A stretch of DNA of 40,649 nt from the NCBI GenBank assembly GCA_016214385.1, contig JACROP010000158.1:1-40649 (forward strand). Reading direction: 5' to 3'. Below are positions 8,704 through 16,392 of the stretch, one piece after another (within the stretch, counting starts at the first letter, position 1; the number at the start of each line of letters is the position of its first letter). The notes under the pieces are model-generated. The model did not search any database, was not told the DNA's origin, and saw nothing but the letters and a program-made list of their open reading frames with translations. This DNA comes from Nitrospirota bacterium (GTDB lineage Bacteria > Nitrospirota > Thermodesulfovibrionia > UBA6902 > JACROP01). The translations under genes were made by a program, and so were the position numbers.

Positions 8704-10325
8704 ATATGCTGCCATCCAAAGACAGATTTATAGAAAGTGCAACGGCAGGAAAGATATACCCGGTTTATACCGAAATACCGTTTATCCAGCCACATCACGC
8801 CTTTCAGACAATCAACAGGCCATATAGTTTTCTCTTTGAAAGTATTAAAGGCCCTGAAAAGATAGCTCGCTATTCCTTTATGGGTTTTGACCCTTTCCTG
8901 GTCTTTGAGGTAAAGAATGGTGTCATAACTATTAGTCCAGAAGACCAGAAGACTCCCGACTCCCGACTCTCGACTCCCGACTATCAATCATCCCTTTCTC
9001 CCCTAAGGAAACTGAAAGAATTATTTGAGGCCTATAAATTAGAACCTGTGGAAGGGCTTCCGCCATTTTATGGAGGAGCCGCTGGCCTTATAAGCTACGA
9101 CTTTGTCCATTATCTTGAGCGTCTGCCAAAAAGCACACTCGATGACCTTTATCTGCCTGATGCGCATTTTATGTTCGTCGACACTATTGCTGCCTTTGAC
9201 CATATAGATAAAAAGTTGTGGCTACTATCATGTCCTGGGGCAAGAGACATGATCAGAGCATCCCTAACACAATCCCACCCACTCATCCCTCCCCCTCGCC
9301 CGCCCCGCTTCGCGGAGCGAGGCCGGGGAGGGGGGAGGGTAAAGGAGGGGGTGAAAGACTGGGCAAATTATTATGAGGAGGCATGTGAGAGATTAAATTT
9401 TCTCAAGAAAACAATCCAGTCTGCAATTGCCAATCCACAATCCATAATCACCCCGAAAAATCGGGGCAAATCAAAGGATATAGAAGTCCGCCATGAAATG
9501 GGAAAAGATAAATACATAGATATGGTCAAAAGGGCCAAAGAGTATATAAAAGCAGGTGACATCTTTCAGGCCAATCTTTCCCAGAGGGTTTCTGCCCATC
9601 TGGGGGATGTAATTCCATGGCAAATCTACACACTCCTGAGAGAAATAAATCCATCTCCATTTGCAGCCTATTTAAATATGGGTGATTATTATATTGTAAG
9701 TTCATCTCCTGAGAGACTCCTGAGAGTTAAAAAAGACCTTGTAGAGACACGGCCAATTGCAGGGACAAGGCCGAGGGGTGTTGATGCAGAGGGGGATATA
9801 AAAATGAGGGCAGAGCTTCTTATAAATGAAAAGGAGCGGGCAGAACACATCATGCTCATAGACCTCGAGAGGAATGACCTCGGAAGGATTTCAGATTATG
9901 GCTCTGTATATGTGGATGAGTTCATGATAACTGAAGATTATTCCCATGTAATTCACATAGTCTCAAATATCCGTGGAAATCTTGCAGCAGGAAAAGATTG
10001 TTTTGACGCTATAAGGGCCGCTTTCCCGGGCGGAACAATTACCGGCGTCCCAAAGGTGAGATGCATGGAAATTATTGATGAGCTTGAACCAGTGGCAAGG
10101 GGGCCATATACAGGGTCTCTCGGCTACATAAGTTTCACCGGGGAAACGGACTTGAATATCATCATCAGGAGCTTTGTAATTAAAAATTACATTGCCTATG
10201 TGCAGGTAGGAGCAGGAATTGTTGCAGATTCAGAACCCGATAGGGAATACGAAGAGACACTCAAAAAGGCCGAGGCCCTTATAAAGACACTCAGGATGTC
10301 GTTGCGACTCGATTCTGAGCTGTAA
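8700..10325 (+). CDS. Chorismate-utilising enzyme, anthranilate synthase component I / ADC synthase family
   Basis: LFESIKGPEKIARYSF, PIAGTRPRG (Ala rather than the E. coli PabB Lys), GGTITGVPK. ATGA overlap with pyrF. Carries three in-frame repeat insertions and a repeat-derived C-terminus. Confidence 0.85.
   Translation: MNMLPSKDRFIESATAGKIYPVYTEIPFIQPHHAFQTINRPYSFLFESIKGPEKIARYSFMGFDPFLVFEVKNGVITISPEDQKTPDSRLSTPDYQSSLSPLRKLKELFEAYKLEPVEGLPPFYGGAAGLISYDFVHYLERLPKSTLDDLYLPDAHFMFVDTIAAFDHIDKKLWLLSCPGARDMIRASLTQSHPLIPPPRPPRFAERGRGGGRVKEGVKDWANYYEEACERLNFLKKTIQSAIANPQSIITPKNRGKSKDIEVRHEMGKDKYIDMVKRAKEYIKAGDIFQANLSQRVSAHLGDVIPWQIYTLLREINPSPFAAYLNMGDYYIVSSSPERLLRVKKDLVETRPIAGTRPRGVDAEGDIKMRAELLINEKERAEHIMLIDLERNDLGRISDYGSVYVDEFMITEDYSHVIHIVSNIRGNLAAGKDCFDAIRAAFPGGTITGVPKVRCMEIIDELEPVARGPYTGSLGYISFTGETDLNIIIRSFVIKNYIAYVQVGAGIVADSEPDREYEETLKKAEALIKTLRMSLRLDSEL
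8951..8985. repeat. Tandem heptamer repeat (GACTCCC x5) inside the TrpE/PabB-family gene
   Basis: gactccc gactccc gactctc gactccc gactatc, encoding TPDSRLSTPDY. Confidence 0.8.
9287..9352. repeat. GC-rich imperfect palindrome inserted in frame in the TrpE/PabB-family gene
   Basis: ccctccccctcgcccgccccgcttcgcggagcgaggccggggaggggggaggg, with nested stems CCGC/GCGG and CCTCGC/GCGAGG. Encodes PLIPPPRPPRFAERGRGGGRVKEG. Confidence 0.7.
9451..9466. repeat. CCCCGA-aaaa-TCGGGG hairpin inside the TrpE/PabB-family gene
   Basis: Same 6-4-6 motif as at 75..90 and 16867..16882. Confidence 0.7.
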
Positions 10326-10816
10326 TCACTTTATAAAGAGCCTGACTCCCTTCTTTTTTGTCTTCATCTTTGAAAGGATCTCCTTAATATCGTACAGGGC
10401 CTCAATAACCTTTTCATGCCCCTTATGCATATCATTAAAGAAGCCCTCAAGTCGTTGCGACTCGATTCCGAGATGCAGCACGCTGTCCTTAAGGTCCTTT
10501 ATAGCAGATTTAATCTCATCCACATAAGGGGGGACAGATTTTTCAGGCTGAACTTTTTCTTTAGACGATAAAAAAGACAGTATCTTGTCCTGGCCCTCTT
10601 TTATGCCTTTTATATCTATATGTTTATCTTTAAAGGAGCTTTCAAGTCGCTGCGACTCGATTCCGAGATGCAACACTGCATCTTTGAGGTCATTTACAAT
10701 TGATATAATTTCATCGAGATAAGATGGTTTCAATACATCAGGATGTGGTTGTGGCTCGATCCCTGGCTGAATCGCTTCTTTCAATCCTGATGTCATCGCC
10801 GCGACTCGTTCCTGAG
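10298..10816. repeat. Four direct copies of a ~22-nt motif GTCGYTGCGACTCGATTCYGAG
   Basis: Copies at 10298-10319, 10451-10472, 10646-10667 and 10796-10816 (the last degenerate), spaced 153/195/150 nt. The first lies in the last codons of the plus-strand gene, the others inside the minus-strand GTPase gene. Confidence 0.8.
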
Positions 10817-11474
10817 GAGGCGATGTAACAGGTGGCGCCTGGACGCCAGGACTCACAAATGTCTCCTTTGAGGGTTTTAAGTCCACTCCGTATTTTGCAA
10901 CCATATGTTTAATAAGGTTTTTTATGGCTTCCCTGAAAGTCTCTTCTACCCCTTTTCCTTCAATTGCAACCGCCTCAAAAAATGGCGCATTCATTTTATT
11001 AAGGTTATTATTAAGTTCTGAAACATCCATGATATCTTTAACGTCCCTTTTGTTATATTGAAAAACAATAGGTATATTTTCAGGGTCTATATTGTTTGCC
11101 TTGAGGTTGTCTCTCATATTCTTAAAACTTTCGATATTCAGTTCTTTTACTTCTTTCTGAGAGTCTGCCACAAAAACAATTGCATCCACTCCTTTGAGCA
11201 CAAGACGTCTTGTTGCATCATAACGAACCTGCCCGGGGACAGTATAAAGCTGGAACCTTATATTGAAATCCCTTATCTTTCCTAAATCCACAGGAAGAAA
11301 ATCAAAAAACAGTGTTCTGTCAGCCTCTGTGGCTAAAGAAAGGAGCTTCCCCTTTGTTCTGGGGCTTAAGACTGAGTGAAGATAGTGGAGATTCGTAGTC
11401 TTGCCAGAAAGACCAGGGCCATAATAGACCACCTTGAGGACAATCTCCTTGGTCGCATAATTCAACAGAGCCAT
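10326..11474 (-). CDS. MglA-family Ras-like GTPase with a ~185-aa C-terminal extension carrying two internal repeats
   Basis: LNYATKEIVLKVVYYGPGLSGKTTNL, TLFFDFLP, YTVPGQVRY and NKRD match MglA. The tail has duplicated DLKD[AS]VLHLGIESQRLE units. Confidence 0.75.
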   Translation of the reverse strand: MALLNYATKEIVLKVVYYGPGLSGKTTNLHYLHSVLSPRTKGKLLSLATEADRTLFFDFLPVDLGKIRDFNIRFQLYTVPGQVRYDATRRLVLKGVDAIVFVADSQKEVKELNIESFKNMRDNLKANNIDPENIPIVFQYNKRDVKDIMDVSELNNNLNKMNAPFFEAVAIEGKGVEETFREAIKNLIKHMVAKYGVDLKPSKETFVSPGVQAPPVTSPPQERVAAMTSGLKEAIQPGIEPQPHPDVLKPSYLDEIISIVNDLKDAVLHLGIESQRLESSFKDKHIDIKGIKEGQDKILSFLSSKEKVQPEKSVPPYVDEIKSAIKDLKDSVLHLGIESQRLEGFFNDMHKGHEKVIEALYDIKEILSKMKTKKKGVRLFIK

Positions 11475-11636
11475 ATTTCACAGGATACTACAAAATCCTG
11501 TTCTCTTCAAGCATACCCGCCAATCCCAAAATAAAGATAGGGGAAACACTGCATTTCTCAGTTCTATCTCTAAAGGATTATGGACCTGCCAAAAACTTGA
11601 CATACCAATATAATATGTGTTATTTCTCTCCTATCT

Positions 11637-11657
11637 CGGTACGAGTCGATTCCGACT
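11637..11657. repeat. Dispersed copy of the CGA[C/G]TCGATTCCG motif upstream of the lipoprotein gene
   Basis: TCGGTACGAGTCGATTCCGAC. A near-identical copy GTCGGTACGACTCGATTCCGGG is at 34585..34606. Confidence 0.7.
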
Positions 11658-11702
11658 TTACCATTCTTTTAAGAAAAATCAAAAAGAGGGGAGGTGATTT
11701 AA

Positions 11703-12059
11703 TTGATAAGGAAACCACATTTTCTAAAGGGCACTTTCTTTTTTGTCGCACTTCTAATGCTGATTGCTGTAATTGCTTCTGGGTGTGCTACAAAAGAGTA
11801 TGTCAAAGAGCAGATAGACCCTGTTGCTGACAGGGTTAAGAAGTTAGATGACAGGCTTGCATCAATAGAAAAAAGGATTGCAGCCATAGACGGAAAGATG
11901 GACGGATTTAGCAAGGACATTGAGGATGCAAAGAAAGCAGCGGAGGAAGCCAAAAAGCTCAATCAATCTGCCATTGAGAGGGCTGAGAAGGCTGCTGAGA
12001 GGGCCGAGAAGGCCGCTGCAAAAGCAGTAAAGGCATTTGAGCAAAAACAGAGAAAATAA
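11703..12059 (+). CDS. Coiled-coil, Ala/Lys/Glu-rich lipoprotein (Lpp-like)
   Basis: Signal peptide with lipobox VIASGC. TTG start preceded by GGAGGTGA. Heptad-like AEKAAERAEKAAAKA tail. Confidence 0.7.
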   Translation: MIRKPHFLKGTFFFVALLMLIAVIASGCATKEYVKEQIDPVADRVKKLDDRLASIEKRIAAIDGKMDGFSKDIEDAKKAAEEAKKLNQSAIERAEKAAERAEKAAAKAVKAFEQKQRK

Positions 12060-12983
12060 TTAATGGGTTTTTGTAATGGCAACAGGAAGGCCTTTTGCAT
12101 CCTTGACTACCTGTTTTAGCAGGTCAATATCCACAAGGCGCAGAAGGCCTTTCTTTTTAATTATTGAAATGGCAGCTTTTAAAAGGCCCTTTGTATCCCC
12201 ATTGATATTTTTATGAACTTCAAGAAAGACATCCCCGCTTTTTAAAGCAACCTTTATAGGACTGTTAAGGATTACAATCTTTGTGCCAATTTTTACAGAG
12301 TCAAAAAGTGATTCTATATCTTCCTGATACATGCGGATACAGCCACGACTCACCCTTCTACCAACACCATATGGCTTATTTGTTCCATGAATTCCGTAGC
12401 CCTTAATAGAAAGTTGCAACCAGTAACCCCCAAGCGGGTTTTCAGGCCCTGGCGGAACAAATCTTGGCATTTCTGGGTCCTCTTTCCTTGCTGACTCAGG
12501 CACATGCCAGACAGGGTCTTTTACCTTTGCAGTAATCTTATAATTACCAGGCGGGGTACCAAAACCCTCCCTGCCTATACCTATTGAAAAAATCCTGACC
12601 ATCCTGATACTGCCAGCTTTAAAAAAATAATAAAGACGCATCTCTGGCAGGTTTATAACAATACCTTCACCTATCACCTCTGGCAGAATATATTCGGTCG
12701 GCAAAATAATCTCTGCCCCCCCTGGTGGTATCCACGGGTCTACTTCAGGGTTTGCGTTAACAACTTCGCTATACCCCAGCCTTAAATCCTTAGCTACATC
12801 CAGGAGAGTTTCACCATCCTTTATCGTATAGGGAAGCGTCACACCGATTATAGGCTTTTTATCTGAAGGTGTTTGTCCAGGAAGGATATCGTAAGTATAC
12901 GCACCTCCTGCAAAGACATAGTGCGGAGCCAGAAAAATCCCGATAAACATAAAAATAATAACGAGGGGCTTCTTCATTTTCAT
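12060..12983 (-). CDS. L,D-transpeptidase (YkuD domain) with LysM-like domain
   Basis: HGTNKPYGVGRRVSRGCIRM catalytic motif and LysM-like TIKDGETLLDVAKDL. Start set at MKMKKPLVIIF (12983), which begins a signal peptide. Confidence 0.85.
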   Translation of the reverse strand: MKMKKPLVIIFMFIGIFLAPHYVFAGGAYTYDILPGQTPSDKKPIIGVTLPYTIKDGETLLDVAKDLRLGYSEVVNANPEVDPWIPPGGAEIILPTEYILPEVIGEGIVINLPEMRLYYFFKAGSIRMVRIFSIGIGREGFGTPPGNYKITAKVKDPVWHVPESARKEDPEMPRFVPPGPENPLGGYWLQLSIKGYGIHGTNKPYGVGRRVSRGCIRMYQEDIESLFDSVKIGTKIVILNSPIKVALKSGDVFLEVHKNINGDTKGLLKAAISIIKKKGLLRLVDIDLLKQVVKDAKGLPVAITKTH

Positions 12984-13081
12984 GAATTTAATATAACATA
13001 ATCTCAGGTTTTTGTTAACAGGGGAAAACACTTGTCAATAAACTTTCTGAAAGCTATAATGTCAAAAATGAGGAGGTAAAA

Positions 13082-15493
13082 ATGCTAAAAAAAGTTAATG
13101 TAAATGAGTTATACCGTTGCTGCGAGCCTTCTGAATTTATCTTTCACACAACTGATGAAATTCCTCCACTTGAAGGAACGATTGGCCAGGAAAGGGCACT
13201 GAGGTCTCTGGATTTTGGCCTTGGCATGGACAGCCATGGGTTCAACATCTATATCCTCGGTGAAAGTGGCACAGGGAAGATGACCACTATAAAGGCCATT
13301 CTCTCTGAGATGGCAAAAGCAGAACCAGTACCCAATGACCTGTGTTATGTATACAATTTTAAAAACCCTGACGCCCCTGATGCCTTATCCCTCCCGCCAG
13401 GGCAGGGACTGATATTTCAGAAAGATATGGATGAACTTATAAAAGTCCTGCGGGTTGAAATACCGAAGATTTTTGAATCAAAAGAATATGAAAGGCAAAA
13501 AACAAAAATCTTTGAAGAATTTCAGCAAAAGCAAAAAGACCTGCTTTCAAGCCTGGAAGAAGAAGCAAAATCAAAAGACTTCTCTATAAGAAAAACTGTC
13601 AGCGGCCTTGTAATGGTCCCTGTGAAAAAAATTGGAGAACCACTTAGCGAGGAAGACTATGAAAACCTTGAACCAAAGACCCGAAGGAGAATAGAAGAAA
13701 TCGGCAAGCAGCTACAGGATAAACTTGACGACATCGTGCGGCTTGTAAGAGCAATAGAAAAGGATGCCAAACAGAGAATAAACTCGCTGGAAAGGCAGGC
13801 AGCACTCTCGGCTGTTGGGCACTGGATAGACGAACTTAAAAGTAAATACCGGCTAAATTCCGAAATCCTGAGCTACCTCGAGGATGTAAAGGAGGATATC
13901 CTTGAACACCTTGAAGACTTTAAAACCCAGGAAGAACAGGCACCAGCCCTGCCGTTTTTAAAGCCCTTAAAGGCAGAGGTTTCATTCGTGCGGTATGATG
14001 TAAATGTACTTGTAAACAACAGTGATTCCAAGGGAGCACCTGTTGTAATCGAAAGCAACCCGGCCTATTACAACCTGTTTGGAAGGGTCGAACACAAGGT
14101 GCAGTATGGAATAGCAATAACAGATTTTACAATGATAAAGGCCGGCTCCCTTCACAAGGCAAATGGCGGCTATCTCGTAATCAACGCCCTCGACCTGCTT
14201 AAGAATCTCTTTGCTTATGATGCACTTAAAAGGGCCATCAAAGAAAGGGCAATAAAAATCGAGGATGTGTGGGAGCAGTACCGTTTAGTCTCTACCGTGA
14301 CCCTGAGGCCTGAGGCCATACCACTGAATGTAAAAGTAGTACTTGTTGGTAATCCGTGGCTTTATTACCTGCTCTATAACCTCGATGAGGAATACAGGGA
14401 GTTATTTAAGGTAAAGGCTGATTTTGACAACCGCATGGAGAGGGACAAAGAAAATATATTTAAATATGCAGCTTTTGTGCGCGCAAGGTGTATAGAGGAA
14501 AACTTACTGCCATTTGACCGTAGCGGTGTGGCGAAAATAGTGGAGTATGGCTCAAGGCTCGCAGAACACCAGGGAAAACTCTCAGCAAAATTCAGCAGTG
14601 TCGCTGATCTTTTAAGAGAAGCAAACTTCTGGGCAAAGAAAGACAAGAGCAACATTGTAAAAGCCGAACATGTTGAGAAGGCACTGCAGGAAAAGATTTA
14701 TCGGAGCAATAAGATAGAAGAGAAGATAAGGGAGGCTATCAAAGAAGGCACCCTCCTCGTAAATACCAGTGGCTCTGTGACTGGACAGGTAAATGGACTT
14801 GCTGTGTTGGATACGGGAGATTACAGCTTTGGCAAGCCATCGAGGATTACGGCAAAGACTTATGCTGGAAAGGCCGGAATAGTAAACATTGAAAGGGAAA
14901 CAAAATTAAGCGGTAAAATCCACGAAAAAGCCATAATGATTTTGATAGCCTATCTTGGCGGAAAATATGCTACAAAACACCCATTAACCCTATCCGCTTC
15001 CCTGACCTTTGAACAGCTTTATGATGAGGTAGAGGGAGACAGTGCTACATGCGCCGAAGTCTATGCACTTTTGAGCAGTATATCTGGCGCTGCCCTCAAA
15101 CAGTCCATTGCTGTAACAGGCTCCATGAATCAGCTCGGTGAGGTTCAGTCTATCGGAGGAGTCAACGAAAAAATAGAAGGGTTCTTCGAGGTCTGCAAAC
15201 TCGATGGCCTCAGCGGAGAGCAGGGCGTAATAATACCAAAAGGGAACTTAAAAAACCTGATGCTAAAAGGTGAGGTTTTAGAGGCTGTGCAAAACGGCAA
15301 ATTCAATATTTATTCAATTGATAATATAGAGGACGGCATTGAAATCCTCACAGGGATGCCAGCAGGTGAGCTCCAGCCTGATGGGACATATCCAGAAGGA
15401 ACATTGAATTACATTGTTGATAAAAGATTGAAAGAACTATCTGAGGTTTTAAAGGAAAAGAAAGAAGAGGAAAAAGAAAAAACCAACAAATAA
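13082..15493 (+). CDS. Lon-like ATP-dependent protease (AAA+ domain plus Lon C-terminal protease domain, COG1067 type)
   Basis: Walker A GESGTGKMT. C-terminal Lon protease region with GDSATCAEVYALLS and GSMNQLGEVQSIGGVNEKIEGFF. SD GAGGAGG. Confidence 0.85.
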   Translation: MLKKVNVNELYRCCEPSEFIFHTTDEIPPLEGTIGQERALRSLDFGLGMDSHGFNIYILGESGTGKMTTIKAILSEMAKAEPVPNDLCYVYNFKNPDAPDALSLPPGQGLIFQKDMDELIKVLRVEIPKIFESKEYERQKTKIFEEFQQKQKDLLSSLEEEAKSKDFSIRKTVSGLVMVPVKKIGEPLSEEDYENLEPKTRRRIEEIGKQLQDKLDDIVRLVRAIEKDAKQRINSLERQAALSAVGHWIDELKSKYRLNSEILSYLEDVKEDILEHLEDFKTQEEQAPALPFLKPLKAEVSFVRYDVNVLVNNSDSKGAPVVIESNPAYYNLFGRVEHKVQYGIAITDFTMIKAGSLHKANGGYLVINALDLLKNLFAYDALKRAIKERAIKIEDVWEQYRLVSTVTLRPEAIPLNVKVVLVGNPWLYYLLYNLDEEYRELFKVKADFDNRMERDKENIFKYAAFVRARCIEENLLPFDRSGVAKIVEYGSRLAEHQGKLSAKFSSVADLLREANFWAKKDKSNIVKAEHVEKALQEKIYRSNKIEEKIREAIKEGTLLVNTSGSVTGQVNGLAVLDTGDYSFGKPSRITAKTYAGKAGIVNIERETKLSGKIHEKAIMILIAYLGGKYATKHPLTLSASLTFEQLYDEVEGDSATCAEVYALLSSISGAALKQSIAVTGSMNQLGEVQSIGGVNEKIEGFFEVCKLDGLSGEQGVIIPKGNLKNLMLKGEVLEAVQNGKFNIYSIDNIEDGIEILTGMPAGELQPDGTYPEGTLNYIVDKRLKELSEVLKEKKEEEKEKTNK

Positions 15494-16392
15494 TGAAGAC
15501 GTTTTTATGGCTCATCGAAGCCTTTTTGTTCCTTGCCCTCGTGCTGTTTTTAGGTATTCTTCCAAAAAATCTCTCCATTAAAATTGGCGAGTTTCTTGGT
15601 TCATGCCTTTTTTATACGTGGAGCAGCAGAAAAAAAATAGCCCTTAAAAATATTGAAATAGCAAAAAAGGGAGGGTTAAATATCCCTTCCACGCCACACG
15701 ATATTGTCATAAGGCACTTTAAAAATCTGGGGCGCTCATTTGCAGAGCTTTCAATGCTTTTTTGCAGGAGATACCCCATAGCAAGGAATATAGAATTCGA
15801 GGGTATAGAAAATTATGATAAGGCAAAGGCAAAAGGTCGCGGGCTTATCTTTATTACAGGACATTGCGGGAACTGGGAGCTATTGGCTTTTGCACAGGCA
15901 TGGAGGGGTTCCCCTTCATCTGTTGTTGTAAGGCCACTTGATAATCCATACCTGAACAGATTTATAGAGAAACTGCGGATGAGATTCGGGAATAAGGTAA
16001 TTTACAAGAGGGGAGCCCTTAAAGAAATCTTAATGGCCCTCAAAAAGGGCGAGGATGTTGGAATCCTCATGGATCAGAGCGTTGCAGAAAACGAGGCTGT
16101 CATAACAGAGTTTTTTGGTGAAAAGGTCTATACCACAAAAATGCCGGCACTCTTTTCAATAAAGACAGGTTCATCAGTGATACCGGCGTTTATCAACTAT
16201 ACAGGGGATGGGAAACACAGGGTCTGGTTCGGCGAAGAAATCGCCGTAAAGAATACAGGCAATCTGGAGGACGATGTCCTTTATAACACAGAAGTCTTTT
16301 CAAAATACATAGAAGAATACATAAGGGAACACCCATCAGAATGGCTCTGGATTCACAGGCGGTGGAAATTAAGCCATGGCAGAAAATATTAA
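15493..16392 (+). CDS. Lipid A biosynthesis (LpxL/HtrB-family) acyltransferase
   Basis: N-terminal TM helix and HCGNWE (HX4E) motif. TAATG overlap with the upstream gene. Confidence 0.8.
   Translation: MKTFLWLIEAFLFLALVLFLGILPKNLSIKIGEFLGSCLFYTWSSRKKIALKNIEIAKKGGLNIPSTPHDIVIRHFKNLGRSFAELSMLFCRRYPIARNIEFEGIENYDKAKAKGRGLIFITGHCGNWELLAFAQAWRGSPSSVVVRPLDNPYLNRFIEKLRMRFGNKVIYKRGALKEILMALKKGEDVGILMDQSVAENEAVITEFFGEKVYTTKMPALFSIKTGSSVIPAFINYTGDGKHRVWFGEEIAVKNTGNLEDDVLYNTEVFSKYIEEYIREHPSEWLWIHRRWKLSHGRKY

Noticed and set aside
8700-10325. Calling this gene specifically trpE or pabB
   Set aside because: PIAGT (Ala) argues against E. coli-type PabB chemistry but occurs in both TrpE and some ADC synthases, and no trpG/pabA or trpD neighbour is present. 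It is left at family level.
11597-11962. ORFs 11597-11830 (+) and 11699-11962 (-), and a TTGACA/TATAAT pair at 11597-11614
   Set aside because: The ORFs overlap the well-supported lipoprotein gene or its upstream region. The -35 and -10 hexamers are only 6 nt apart, so they do not form a functional pair.
15440-15490. Purine-rich gaaaag/gaagag tract
   Set aside because: It is simply the Lys/Glu-rich C-terminal tail (KEKKEEEKEKTNK) of the Lon-like protease, not a repeat element.
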